Source: Camelus dromedarius
Lineage: Eukaryota
Direction of reading: 5' to 3'
Assembly: GCF_036321535.1 (NCBI RefSeq)
Contig: NC_087437.1
Location: 111,726,001 to 111,790,000 of the forward strand
Length of the DNA stretch: 64,000 nucleotides
Position numbers and translations under genes: made by a program. The notes under the pieces are model-generated. The model was given only the letters and a program-made list of their open reading frames with translations, was not told where the DNA came from and made no database searches. Below, piece after piece: positions 1 to 12,700 of this stretch (the first letter of the stretch is position 1; each line of letters opens with the position of its first letter).

Positions 1-1117
1 GAGAATGAACATATGGCTCCTTTGTCTAATTTCTTTGTGAGGATTTTGTTCTAAACAAAGAGCATCCTCATCCTCTGATTTCCTGAGCTCAGCAAAAACC
101 ACTTTGGTACCGTCCCAGCTCCCAGGCAGCCTGTCCCCGTGGTCTCAGTTTCTAGCTCCCAAGCAGCATCTTCTCTGGCTCCAAGAACATAACTACTGTC
201 CATCTGGTGACTTCCTGTGGCTAAAGAGAACATGGCAGCTGAAGATGTCCACTTTTCCAGTTGGAAAAAGAGCTATGCCCCCACTGACCTCAGTCTCAAA
301 GCTCTTGCTGAACACCACAATGGGTTTTCCCTTATCTGAGTCTCCCCCCAGCCCCCCCACACAGGCACACCCTTCCCAGGTCGCCCAAGAAGGTGCTGGA
401 AGACAGGCTGGCCAAGGCGAGGGTCGCTCTTTGGCCTGTGCAAATGCAGTGAGTGAGTTATTTGTATTTTCTGAGGCCAAGAGAAGAATGCTATGTTCTT
501 CTCATGGAAGGAGCTGCAGGGTCCTGCTGAGAATGTGTTTGGATGGGCACCAAGCCTGGAGGAAAAGGACCGAACCAGATTTGGATGAGGGGTTGCTGGT
601 GGAGCGTGGTGGCTGGCAGAAGGCGCCGCAGGGAACTCCACCCCGAGTGTGGGGCACACCTGGGCTGCTGCTCCTCAGCTTTGTGCATCTCTGGGCAACC
701 GACACCCTGCTGTTTCCAAGCTGTGCGGTCCCGGAAGTCCTGTGAAAAGAGGCCAGTTCTCGGTGGGAGGTTTGCACATGTCCCTACTTCAGTTACTTGC
801 TGCCAGTGCTGACTTTCAAGATGTGAGCTGCCTGCTGTAAAATTCAGCCCTTCTGGGTACACAGAGCTTGCCAGCGGGGCTGCTCCTGCTCGGTCAATGC
901 TGGACCAGCTGCTGCCGCTTCAAGGAGAAGCAGAACACATCCAAGGACCAAGCAGTTCTTGGGAGGCCCTGTAAGCAGATCCCACAAGTGGACAGTGTGT
1001 GACGCTGACCTGCGCAGCTCCGTGCGTCGGGCCTGGCGGCCCCCGGGGACTATGAGGGGCCCGTGAACAGCCCACAGGTGCCCTCTTCTGCAGAGAATTG
1101 CCCCTTCGCCATTTTTG

Positions 1118-1437
1118 TCTAACAAAAATACCACAGACTATGAAAAACAGTAGCCCATGAGAAACAGAAGCTTATTTCTCACAGTCTGGAGTCAGGCAGT
1201 CTGAGCGCAGGGTGGCAGCAGGGGCGGGTGGGGGCCCTCTTCTTGGATGCAGACTTTCCGCTGTGTCTTCACATGGTGGAAGGGACAAGGGGGCCTCTTT
1301 TATAAGGGCACTAATCCCATTCATGAGGGCGCCACCTTTGTGGCCTAAAAGCCTTCCGAAATACCATCACCTTTGGGGGTTAAGATGTTAACATATGAAT
1401 TTGGGGTGGGGGTGACGCAAACATTCAGACCATAGCA
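1118..1437 (-). mobile_element. MaLR solo LTR (MLT1A-like)
   Basis: Typical reverse-orientation MLT1A motifs: aacaaaaataccacagact, ttatttctcacagt, ttttataagggcactaatcccattcatgagggc, aaacattcagaccatagca. Confidence 0.75.
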
Positions 1438-2089
1438 ACTTTCTTATAAGTATTTCTCCTGAGAGCCCTGCTTCAATAACCCACTCATTCGAGGATCTCG
1501 GGAAGCTGACCTAAGACATCCAGTGTGAGGGGCCTGGGGGCATATCCATCCCTGTCAGGCCACACTGCTGGCACACTGTCACCCGCAGCCTCAGCAGGAG
1601 CCAGAGTGGACGGAACATCGGGGCCCCTCCCCACTAGCAAGTGATGTCAGGGAGCAGCCAGCCGTTCACACACCTGGCATCTGGTGAGTCTCAGAAGGCG
1701 GCGCCCACAAGGGCCCTCATTCAATCTGCTCCTGCCGTTCTTCGTGGGGGGGGGAGGCGCCTGTTCCTGGGCCAGGTCACCTGGGGAACCACGGCCTGAC
1801 GCTGAGTCCTCCCTGGCAGGCAGGGGAGCTGAGAGAGTGTTCTCATCCACTCTCCCTGGGGCTGGTCTACTCTCAGCAGCCCGTACGGTCCAGTGGGGGC
1901 CTCCTGGAAAGCACCACTGCTCTGAAGCTTTCACCCCACTCCCTGCCCTCACCCAGACTCTGGAACGCAGACGTCAACCAGACTAGACATGACTCTGTCC
2001 CAACCCAGGTGCAGGGGCCCTCATGCTGTGTTGCCCTCTTGTCTCCCAGCTGCTGTCTGACTTTCGTCCTGGCTTGGTCTCAGATTGAC

Positions 2090-2190
2090 CTGTCTGTGCC
2101 TCAGTTTCCTCATCTGTAAAAGGGGCATAATAATAGTACCTCCTTCCTAGTGGTGTTGAGAGTGACTGTGCCTCACACTTTAATAAGAAC
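2090..2190 (+). mobile_element. MIR SINE fragment
   Basis: MIR core tctgtgcctcagtttcctcatctgtaaaaggggcataataatagtacc. Confidence 0.75.
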
Positions 2191-2882
2191 CAGCATAAAT
2201 GTAAGCTTTTCCCATCAATTATTTCTTCTTCATGAGGGTCAGCATCCAGCCCGGCCAATCCTGCACCAGTCGTGCTGCACTCGGGGCAGCTGACAGAACT
2301 CAAGGGCAAAATAAGAACAGGCTGCCATTGGGGAGAACAAGGCAGCCCCTGCGGTTCTGCCTCAGAGGGGAGTTTGGAGGAGGAATGCCTCTGTCTGCAG
2401 GGCTCCAAGGAGAGTGTCAAGGCCTGACCTTCCTTGGATTCTTCGGCCAAGTCCATTGTGAAGTCTCCCACACTTGGGCTTAAAAGGCCAGGCCCCGTTT
2501 TGGCAGGAGAATTACAAACCCGGAACCATGGTCACTTGGTTTTAAGAAGCCCATTGTAAGCCTGACCACCAATGCGGATTTGGCCAAACTCCATCCCATG
2601 ACTGGACGGTAGCCTCAGAGATTAAATCCTAAATAAATACTCCAACCAAATGCCCTGCCGACTGGAAGCCATACTGGTCTATAGCTGGAAATAAGGCAAG
2701 AAAGAACCATGATAACATCAACCAGATAAGGGAGAATTCAGGAAGCCAGCTAATCACTATCCAAGGCCATTACATTCTTTGTGGGAGTTTCAAATCGGCG
2801 GGCCCTTCCCTGCGGGGGCGGCGCTAGGCTCCCTGGAGAGTGAATGAGACAATATCTAGCCGTGATGCTGATAATCCAGGAC

Positions 2883-3035
2883 TGTGCTGTCCAGTACGGA
2901 GCCACCAGCCACACGTGGTTCGCTAAACTTTTAACTCAGTTAATAACATTTAGAAGTCAGCTCCGCAGTCGCGCTAGGCACACGTTTAGTGCTCGGTGGC
3001 CACGCGGCCAGCAGCTACTGCCTTCGACAGTGCAG
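2883..3035. mobile_element. hAT-Charlie MITE (MER3/MER33-like)
   Basis: gtgctgtccagta...gccaccagccacacgtgg start and reciprocal end ...gctactgccttcgacagtgc. Confidence 0.55.
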
Positions 3036-5643
3036 ACAGTTCTGCTGGGCAAGGCCAAGCTACTGCCTTAAATCAGCCCCAGAGACACACGCCCAGCTCA
3101 CCGTAATGAAAGCGGATATTTCATTAACAGCCAAGGCTGTAATCGGATCAAAGTCACAGGCACAGAAACGTGGGACTCAGGTACCACCTACTCCCGCCTC
3201 TGCTCACCCCCTTGGGGACCGGCACACGGCCCTGGTGGCCCAGCCCTGAGGGCTCTGTCCTCCTGGCACTTGGTGCAGCACAAGCTTTGTGGCCACTAAC
3301 ACCTGCAGAGCCACGGCCTCGGGGGTCGTGTCCACCTCCTCCGCCCTGGCTGCACACAGCCCGCAGCGCCCTTTCGCTCTGGTCACTTGCCCAGTGGCAG
3401 CTGCAGCCACCAGCCCCACTTTGGGCACCGCTGCTGCTGTTAATTGCCCTTCCTCTGTCTCCTGCGAAGGGTGTGGCTTCCTAGAAGAGCCAGGCCCTCT
3501 TCCTCCTGACCCAGCAGGAGACCAGCATCCCCAGCAATGGTCCAGAGAAACCTCAAGCCAAGCCTTTCTCACACCGAGGCCCTGCCTCCCCATTTCCCAG
3601 GCAACGGCCACTGGGTCCACGAGGCCCACCCCTCCTGCCCTTCTCTTCCTCTTAACCTTGGTATCTGCCATCTCTTTGCTGAACCTGTGAGCAGAGTCAG
3701 CGCAGGCCCTTTTCTGTATCCTTTGGAGGTTTCAGTTTCATGAGACAGAGTGTAAGAAGGATATTAAATGGTCAAATCAAATGGCCCTGGGAGCCCAGAG
3801 AGAACAATTCTACCCACCGGGCTGGGGAGGCTTATTGGAGATGGTGCTCGACGGCGGGGTCCTCAGGAACAAGCACAATTTTCAAAGGTGCTGGTGGGGA
3901 AACTGGGGATGGAGAGAGGAGCCGCAGCAGCGGGTCAGCAGGTGGGGACAGGAACTGCATGGTTGGGAATGGGGAACCGCCAGGCTGAGGGGTCCCGGGG
4001 AAAATAAGGCTAACGGGGTACAGAACACCAGGAGCTGGGTCTGGACTCCTGCCCTGGGACTTGCCCGACGTCCTGGCAGTAGGGATGGCATCATCCGCTT
4101 CGAGCTGTGTGCCTCCATCTCCCAGCAGCAAAAGTCAGTGCTCAGAGCAGGTGAGGGACTCGCCTTTTCAGTCCCCCTACAGCCAGTAACTCTCTGGGCC
4201 TGGCCTCAAACCTTGGCCTCAAACTCTTGGAATAATCATTGCTTCTGATGTTAAGGTTGCTGATCACCATCCAGTTAGTCTTAAAATCTTAGAAATCAGT
4301 AAATTACAGCTTAATTTTCTACTGGAGAAATTAAACAACGTTCTTAGAAAGCTGTTCCAGGGACTGACTCGCACGGGTGTTTTAAGATGCAATGAACTTC
4401 TCAGATGCAAATATATGTCAAGGGCCTGACAAATAATCTCCAGCCAGGCCCTTCTTTGGAAGGTTCCCGATCTTTGCTTGAAAGATTGCTCACAGCCTAA
4501 TTGCATTTCTTACAGATCGGTCCAACAGAAAATCCAATTGGGCATTTATCTTGTGGTGAAAATGCCGCCTTCCTGCTTTTAAGCAAACTGCCCGTGGTAT
4601 CATGAGCTCAGACTGCAGGACTCGGCAGAACAAAGACAGGAAAGCTGGTCACTTCCGATCGGGGGTGCATATTAATTCCCTGGACTTTCTCTATTCCAAC
4701 TCATGACTCCATGGATCGAGTTCTTTCAAGAAAAGAAAAATAGACCTTGTCATTTCCTATTGTTTCAAAGACAAAATCCAGCCTGGGAAAGATTACGGCA
4801 AGGAGAAGGAGGCTCGTGTTCAGATGACTAAACACGAATCTGACCTGGAAAATGCTCGATTCGTTTCCGAGGAAGGGAGGGAGCAGCAATTAGAGGCATG
4901 GGCAGAATCGTGACATGACCTCCCTCAAGGAGAAAAAGCAAAACGTTCCCAACTTACTAACAATTAACCAGCAAGAGAATGTGTTACGAATCTCTGAAGA
5001 ATTTGCAAACCCCGGTGAGTTGCCTCCCAGCTCTGAGCTCCCAACTTCCTTCCTTAGAACTTGACCTCTGGTTGTGAAGCCTCTGGAGCCTGGGAGAGTG
5101 AGGCATGTGCTGTCAGCAGAGGGGGAGTCACGCCAAGCTTTCTGTTAAATCATCTCGCCTACATCACTCAGCTCATGCACGTGGAAAACTTCCTTTCTCA
5201 CGGAAGATGTCTTGGGAAGAATTCCAACTGTTCTGAAAAAATTAAGATAAAGATGCATTGTGTTGGTTTTTTAAATGAGGTAGATCTGTATGGACTGACA
5301 TGAAAAATTCTTGAAGTCGTATTATTAAATGAAAAGTGCCAATTGGGAAATATTGCAATAGATGATGGTATTATTATGGAAAAGGAAAAGCCTGAACATA
5401 AAACTCTATGTTTCTGTGTATGCACAGACATCTAGAGGTCTGCCTGTAACATTTGCAGGGGCTCCGAGAAGAAATGGAGTGTTTCATACCACACAGCCAA
5501 ATGCTATATACATTAAGCGAAAACAAAAATTTATATAAAAAAAAAGTTCTCTTTTCCTTCCTTGACAAATTTACCTTTATAATGACCTTGAAGACCAGGT
5601 TCAAACTTGGAATTCTCAGACTTTTCAGGGTTTGGTGCAACAG

Positions 5644-5895
5644 TATGGCAGCATGGGGGGGAGGGGGCAGGGTCAGACTTTGGCCCCTGTCCCTATTTTC
5701 TCGGCCCAGCTCATCCTTGTCACCCCTGGTAAGAGGCCTCACAGACTTAAGCATGGACAACATGGTTCATGTGCCCATGCTCCATTTCATCCATGTCCCC
5801 AAACAGCCCGAGGGAGGGACAGAGGTGAGATGGGATGAGAAAAGTGGATCAGGGGCCAGAGTCTGACCCTGCCCCCTCCACCCCATGCCACCATA
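5644..5895. repeat. Imperfect inverted repeat, 78-bp arms (5644-5721 / 5818-5895)
   Basis: Ungapped manual alignment of arm1 to the reverse complement of arm2 gives 64/78 identical. The ORF track shows the same peptide WGGGGRVRLWPL on both strands. Confidence 0.9.
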
Positions 5896-6264
5896 TTACA
5901 AATGAAGATGCCGGGAGAATAAACACCTGATCTCCCCCCTCCTGCCCTCTCATCTCCCACGGGATCCCCACTGGCCCAGACCAATGGTAAGTCGAAGGGC
6001 AGGGAAGACAGCTGATGACACACGGGGCGAGGTCAGGGTGGAAAAGGCTAGAAGAGAGTGGAGAGCAGGTGGGGTGGGGCAAAGGGACAGGATTCTGTAC
6101 CAGGGCAAACAAAAAGCCCAAATGAGGAGCTGGGCTGTAAGAGATGAGTGGGTAGACGACGGGGTTCAGGAAGCCCCGGCAGAGTCCAGGCTGGGCCTCT
6201 GAGCTGCCTGCCTGTCAAGATACCCCAGAGAGCCCATGATACAAAAGCAGGTCCCCAGACACAG

Positions 6265-6460
6265 ACTACTATATATAAAAGAGATAAGCCACAGGGACCT
6301 ACAGTACACCACGGAGAACTGTATTCAACTCCTTATGATGACTTATAATGGAAAAGAATCTGAAAAGAAAAAATATATACGTAAGTGTATGCATAACCGA
6401 ATCACTTTGCTATATACCTGAAATTAACATTGTAAATCAACTACACTTTGGTTTAAAAAT
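6265..6460 (+). mobile_element. L1 3' UTR fragment
   Basis: ctactatatataaaa...acttataatggaaaagaatctgaaaa...acattgtaaatcaactacact; similar to the other L1 3' ends in the window. Confidence 0.8.
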
Positions 6461-6829
6461 TTTTTAAATGCAGACCCCTGGGCCCCCTACCCAGAGATTC
6501 AGTGACTCTTGGGTGGGGACTTGGAATCTATCCTTTTAGATGACTTGGAGAGCCCTGGGCAGGGGGGCAGATGGCCTTGGCTGAGGACCAGGACTGGCCA
6601 CTGGGTGCTAGGGGTCCTTGGTCCCAGGGCAATGCAGGGGGCAGGAAGCCAAGCAGGTGAAGACAGTTCAACTTCATGCCTCTAGAAATTCTAAGCCCTC
6701 CTGTAAGCCTGTCTAAAACCTTTCACTGACTCAGAGTGGGTAGCCTTGGGTGTCTTGTCTACAGGGCTGGTAAGAAACTGGGGTGAATGGGGTTTTGTAA
6801 GCACCTCTCATATCTGTACTAATCTCAAC

Positions 6830-6927
6830 TAGGGTGACCCACCGTCCTGGTTTGCTGGGGTCTGGGAGGGTTTCAGCAGCACAGGAGTCTCAGTGCTAAA
6901 ACCAGGGTAGTCATCCTGGGTAACCCA
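6830..6927. mobile_element. hAT-Blackjack MITE (MER81-like)
   Basis: Terminal tagggtgacc...ggtaaccca; internal cagtgctaaaacc. Confidence 0.6.
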
Positions 6928-8991
6928 TGATGGGTAGACACACAAGGAGGGGTCCCCCTCACCCTCACCTCCCTTCTGAACATCCAGTGTGGAACCCCGA
7001 GGCCTGTACAGAGAGCAGTCTCCCATTGAACAGCCACTGGGTTCCAAATCTCACTTTCCTTAAATCCGTATCTCTAAGAAATATTATAGCATTTGCTCCT
7101 TTTCCTTTTATAAGGCATGTTGAAAATTTGCCATTCATTTCTAAATCCCTCTTTTCAGTCACTTTTAATATTCTTTTAAAAAGAAAGACTAAAACCTCGC
7201 ATACTTGGACTAAACCCAAAGGTGAATATTTATTTCAGCAAAGTTCATTCAGGGTCTTGAAAGTCAAGTGTATGAATATAAAATACACCTTTTCAGTCTA
7301 AAATAATGCCCTTTTCTGCACTTGGATGGCTGAACCGTGAAATGTCAGGTTGACATATCCAGTGTTCCCAGGAATGTGACCCCAGAAACAAGAAAGAGGA
7401 ATGTGGTGCTTATGGAGTCCCCGGGCTGGTCGGCTGGACTTCAGTTCTGGGAGGGTCTGGGCCAGCTACTTCACCCTGGTGCTGCTCCCATCGTGTCCCC
7501 TTGCGGCCCTTCCCACTCATGGGGTCTGTTTAAACTCCTTTCACAAACAAATCCTCATTTGCTTGGGCTTCAGCTCCTCACCTGAATTCCAGCATGAAGA
7601 TGTGTCAGGTTCTCATACAAGGTGCTGTGCCGTCGGAGGGAGGGCAGGATGAGGGGGTAGGGATCCATCAGCGCCTTCAAATTCCAGCCCCATCAATGCC
7701 GGGCAGAGCGCCGCTTCCTCCCTCCCACAAAGGCTACCTGGCACCAGAGCAGCAGAAACCAGGCTTCCATCCTCTCAAATCTTCATTTGCTCATCTGTTC
7801 CTTCCATCAGAATCGCTAGCTGTTTGAAGAGCAAACAGAATGCAGTATCTGTGTGTGCATCTGCTTCTGCGCGTGTGTGTGCGTGGGTGTGTGTCTCATC
7901 TCCCTCAATCCCCAAACTCACGTTGCAAAGTGGCCAGGGTGTGAGGTGTCATTTCCACTTTGCGAGTTGGCATATGCAAGTCTGAACAGAGGCCGGTCAG
8001 CATGGAGGTCAGCGGGGTGGCTGGGGTGGGAGCCTGGATGGTTTGTCCACTGATGTGGGGACAGATGCCCAGTGGGGGGTGCAGTGGTGGCGGGAGCATG
8101 TGGACCATCTCTCTGATGGACCTTCTGTCTTCTCTGTGAGTTAAGAGGCAAGAGGGGATGAGGAGGAGGGCAGAGATCTGGTGAAGGAGGAGGTGTGACA
8201 TCGGTGCTGAAGTGGGAAGTTTAAGGACCCGGGTGCCCCCATGACCAGGACTGTGGGCTTCTCTCCACCACACTGCACTGGGATGTTGTTTTTAATGATG
8301 GTTGGGGTTTTGCCAAATAGATATGCCAAAGGGAGAGAGTGGAGTGTGGGAGCTGACTGGTCCTGTTGGGGTGGTTTAATGGAGCCCCAAGGTCTGTAAG
8401 GAGGGGTTCAGATGTCAGGGAGGTGAGGGGGCAGCAAACAGAATGTTAGGAAGACCCCGAGGGGTTGAAGTGTCACAGGCAAGGTTTTGAGGGAGAAGAG
8501 AGAGCTGTGATCTAGAAGCCACAAGGGAGGTATCGACCCACATCCATCTAGGAATTGAGGGTGTGGGGGGAAACTGGCCCCCACTTCACAAGCAGCACAG
8601 AGAGCAGTCTCAGGGGAGATCCAGAATCTAGATGGGCCGGAAGGAGGGAGATATCTAAGGGGAGGTTGAGCATATGAGGGATTTTGTGGCTGTTTCATAG
8701 GCTCTCAAGGACCAAACGGAAGGACGTGGCACTGGGATGAGAGACCCGGGAGTCTTGGGCTCCTTGGGACCATCAAAAAGGGGTATCGAGGGCATGATGG
8801 GACCTGCCAGGATGGTCCCCCAGCACTTCACAGATGCACCAGGCCCTGGGGCTCTCTGCTCTAGTGAAGTTCCTCACTCGACAACTTTCTATTAAAACTT
8901 GACCTGTGGCAGGCACCACAAGAGATCCCAGCTGGACCCAAACGTGACAAACATCTTTCCTCCAGAGGCTGTGTCCTGAGATCGTGTCAGT

Positions 8992-9082
8992 GGTCCATCA
9001 TTTCCCTCGGTCCATCATCTCCCTCGGTCCATCATCTCCCATGGTCCATCATCTCCTGGGGTCCTTCATCTCCCTCGGTCCA
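8992..9082. repeat. Minisatellite, 17-bp unit GGTCCATCATCTCCCTC x ~5.3
   Basis: Head-to-tail units start at 8992, 9009, 9026, 9043, 9060 and 9077. Confidence 0.95.
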
Positions 9083-9176
9083 GGACAGCTCAGTTACCAC
9101 TTGGCTCTGGAGAGTTTGACTGTCCCCCAGTCACATCTCCTGACACTGTGAACAATAACTGAAAATGTTGGAACGC

Positions 9177-9218
9177 TTCTTTTTTATGCAGCTTTACCAC
9201 TGAGCTATACCCGCCCCC
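9177..9218 (-). mobile_element. Truncated tRNA-derived SINE head with A-tail
   Basis: Reverse complement is GGGGGCGGGTATAGCTCAGTGGTAAAGC followed by an A-run; same 5' head as the SINEs at 16125 and 39802. Confidence 0.6.
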
Positions 9219-9269
9219 AAGAACTCTCTCTCTGTGCCACATTAAGCGCTTTTATAAGGCCTGTTTCAC

Positions 9270-9425
9270 ATAGTCTTTACAACAACGCTATGAAATTAGA
9301 TATACTATCATGCCATTTTACAGATGAGGACACTGAGGCAGACAAAGGTAAAGTAACTTGGCTTGGATTTCACAGCCGGCAAGTGGAGGTGTCAGGATTT
9401 GAATGTGAGCCCAGGGTCTTCACTC
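9270..9425 (-). mobile_element. MIR SINE fragment
   Basis: ccattttacagatgaggacactgaggca...ggatttgaat. Confidence 0.7.
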
Positions 9426-9849
9426 AGGCTCCCCTGCCTGCCACCATTGCAAACAAGCACCCAGAAAAGCCTAAACTGACACACGTCGCCAGCAGCATAA
9501 AGGGCGCTGCTCAATTGTCCCAACTCCGGAGTTTAAAAGATTTCTCTTTTGATTCAAAAGTCACTCCCCAGCCTCCCACTACGGTCACCCATTCAGTGAA
9601 CAGCTCCTGTTGTTCCTTCCTCTCTTAGTGTGAAACGGCCGATTGGTACTTGCTGCAATGACTTACCACTTCAAAACTGCCAGCAGAAAGTGCTCAGTAG
9701 AGGAGGAAGAGAAGTTGCCAGGTTTGATGTTGATTCGGGAGCAATGAGTGATCCCCACATTTGTCTGACAATCCAGCGCTGCAGCGTCTGCTCCTGCCTT
9801 GAGCCTGGAACACGGGAAGCCTCTTTGAAAGGCTCCTCTGTTCTCCCCT

Positions 9850-10410
9850 GGCAGGTGCGTGCCCTGTAGACTTTCAGCACTCTGGCACAATGGAGTGGCT
9901 CAGTGCTTCTCGATTTTCCACAGTCTGAGGCAACTTCATCAATTCTGTGTCTGGTTTCTCTTCTTCACATTGTTAAGCACTGCAGGAATGGGGCCATGGT
10001 GCGGTGGGAGGAAGATGAGATGGGTGGTATCGCTGTACCATTTAGATTGGTTCATCTCCACGTAAGCAAGTTCTCAGGTTCTATATGTGTATAGAAGAAC
10101 ACACATGGGCATTCCTGAGTGATACGGTGGCCCAGGATGTTACAGACAGTCTCCTTTTATCTCATTGCTCTGCCACACATGGCCTCCCTTCCAGTGTCAT
10201 CTCATAGTCAAATGTGAATGCTGGAGCTCCAGCCTTTGCCTCTGCATTGTAGGTGACAGAGAGGAAAAAAGAGAAGAGGAAGGGGAAGAAGTCCTTTTTA
10301 AAGAGATGCTTCAGTAATACCTCCATCCCCTCACTTTAATTTCTTTGTCCAAAGCGTAATTATATGGCTACCCCTCGTTGTAAAGAATGCTAGGGAATGT
10401 GGTGTCCAGC
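9850..10410 (-). mobile_element. Old MaLR LTR (MLT1-like)
   Basis: Degenerate MLT1-type motifs (gatacggtggcccaggatgt, ctggagctccagcc, atatggctacccc, gctagggaatgtgg). Confidence 0.4.
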
Positions 10411-10451
10411 ACTGTGTCCAGTAGCACTGTGTCCAGTAGCACTGTGTCCAG
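10408..10451. repeat. Tandem repeat, 15-bp unit AGCACTGTGTCCAGT x3
   Basis: Directly visible. Confidence 0.9.
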
Positions 10452-11419
10452 CTTTTTCTTTTTTTTTTTTATAGTGCTCTTTTGCTAAGAGAAAAGGAAA
10501 GAATTGCTATAAGGTGGCAAATAGCAGGCTTTGTTATAGCTACTCTGCTGTATTACAGGAAAGAAGATCAAAGCCATCAGTTTAGGAAGAACTAGAGGAC
10601 ATCCATGTGTCTGGCGCTGGGATCTGTGGAAAAGCTATGCTGGGAAAGCAGTGTAAGCAAAGCGCCCTGAGCTGGTTGGTCTAAAGGTGATTTCTGCCTC
10701 CCCCAGAGCATCCTGAAGGTGGGATGCACATGGGGCTGTTTAAATGATAAAAATAAGATGTTCAACTTGTCTCCTGGCCAATGCAAGGGGAGTCCACTCT
10801 ATTTCATCACACCAGGGATGAAGGCCTGGCATTATGGGGTCCCTGTCAGTCCCTGTTTATTCTGACATCCAGTTAATTGCCGCAAGATCCTTTTCAATGT
10901 CACAGAGAGTCAAGTTTAGGACTGGCTCATCTCTCATGAATTCAGACCACTTATTAGAAGTGTCCATGCGTAGCCTAGCTTCCCCAGGCTCATTAAACCA
11001 CCCACGTAGGAGGAGTCTCAGCTGGATCAAGTTCAAGGCCCCCACTGGCCCATATGTTGCCTCTATGAAAATGACAATATGTGTTCTTCCTCTAGATTTG
11101 GATGGAGCCCCTGGATACAAGGTTTAATGATAGAACAATGTTTGTGGAAAATAGGAAAGAGCTGCTCTCTCTGGGGAGAGGTAGCTCCATGTTCCATCTC
11201 AGCCCCAACACATCTCCTTAGCCAGAACTATTTGTGCTGTGCACAACCTGAACAACTGTGAATGACAGCCCCAGTAAAGAGGATATAGACTAGGGGCTGG
11301 CATCATGTTTCCTGGTCACTCTAACAACCATAAGTGATTATTTCTCAAGTGTAAGGAGTGCCTTGACCTCCTGCCCCCATTGATATGAACCCTCCCTCCA
11401 CCCTGCCAAGCTGGAGAGG

Positions 11420-11600
11420 ACAGAGCAGAGCAGTTAAGAACATAGGTTCAGATTTAGATAAACCTGGGCTCAAATCCTGGCTTTGCAGGTGACCTTGGGC
11501 AGGAAATCCACCTTCCTGAGACTCAGTTTTCTTGTCTCTAAAATGAGTATCATAACACCCATCTCAGGATTCTTCAGAAGGTTCAGGGAGAGATAGCCCA
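11420..11600 (+). mobile_element. MIR SINE
   Basis: cctgggctcaaatcctggct...gtgaccttgggca...ctcagttttcttgtctctaaaatgag. Confidence 0.7.
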
Positions 11601-12330
11601 CATGGATTAGTTAGAATTAGACTCAGCTTTGAGAAGCAGAAAAACTCAAAAGAAGAATGGTGTAAAAAAGATACCAGTTTATTTTCCTCCCATACTCAAA
11701 TGGCAGGAGATGTTGTGTCCAGCCCCAAAATGTGACTCCCTTCTCAAGGTCAGTTTATGGGCCATGGTGTTGGAGCTCCAGGGACATAATAACCTGCACA
11801 TTCCAGCTCACTGGAAAGAAAGGGGTGCGCGGGTGAGAAGGTTTGTGTCTTAGAAGTCACACATAAAATTCCTGTCTGCAGCCCATTGGCCAGAAATCAC
11901 AAAGTTACACTTCCTTGGGAAGCTGGGAAACGGAGTTTGTATTCGAGATGAACATGCCACCAGCTGAATATGGGGGCTTCAGTGGAGAGGAGATACTGGG
12001 GGACCGTTACAGACTTTGCCGTGGAATGTGAAGCACTTAGCGCAGAATCTCAAACGCCCACAGGACAGATCAACTCCATCTCATGCTCAGTAATCAGGAC
12101 AGCGTGGAGTTCCTGAGCTCCATTTCCAGTGGGATGGCACAACCAGGGCGCCTGCTGTCGTCTCCATCTCATTATACATAACGGGAGGCTTCGTGGAGGA
12201 GGTGATTGTTGAGCAAGTCCCTGAAGCATAGGCAGAAGTTGCTCCGGCAGAAGTGGGTGGGGAGGAGAGCCTTCTGGGGGAGAGGAGGAGCTGAGGGGTG
12301 GCCACCACAAATGGGAGCCTACTTGGGGAA

Positions 12331-12700
12331 TGTCTCAGGTCAGGATCCCTAGAAGCAGAACCTCAGATGCGGGTTCGTGTTCAAGAGATTTATTAAGGGA
12401 GGGCTGTCGGGGGGTGGGGGAGGGGGGATCAGGGTGGAGCAAAGGAAGAGAGCCCAGCAGGGGTGTGGATGCGGCCTGCCCCACCGGAGCTCTGGAGCAT
12501 TGACTGCACACAGGTTTGGTCCAGTCGGTCACTGGCGTGAGGAATTTGCTGGGGAGAGGGGCCAACCTCCCCATCCTGGCAGCTCATGTTTGGCAGAGAG
12601 CAACTCCCCGGGGGATGGGGTGGTAGTGAGAATTCAGCAGCCAACTTCACTGCAATGGGGGGATGGGCACATCAGCCCAGTTAAGCGAATAGTGTGGGTG
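12331..12700 (-). mobile_element. ERVL LTR (LTR16-like)
   Basis: tgtctcaggtcaggatccctagaagcagaacctcagatgc...agatttatt resembles the reversed LTR16 3' end; inner boundary uncertain. Confidence 0.5.

Noticed and set aside
104..745. 213-aa + strand ORF as a possible EVA1C last exon or new gene
   Set aside because: Non-ATG start, no resemblance to the EVA1C C-terminus as I recall it, and no exon structure; typical chance ORF in GC-rich DNA
3204..3690. Overlapping ORFs; MADTKVK faintly resembles a TCP10-family segment (human TCP10L lies in this interval)
   Set aside because: Similarity covers only a few residues and no TCP10 coiled-coil exons were found. A tBLASTn with TCP10L/CENPJ would settle it.
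8992..9082. CRISPR-like repeat array
   Set aside because: Units are contiguous with no spacers, and the DNA is mammalian
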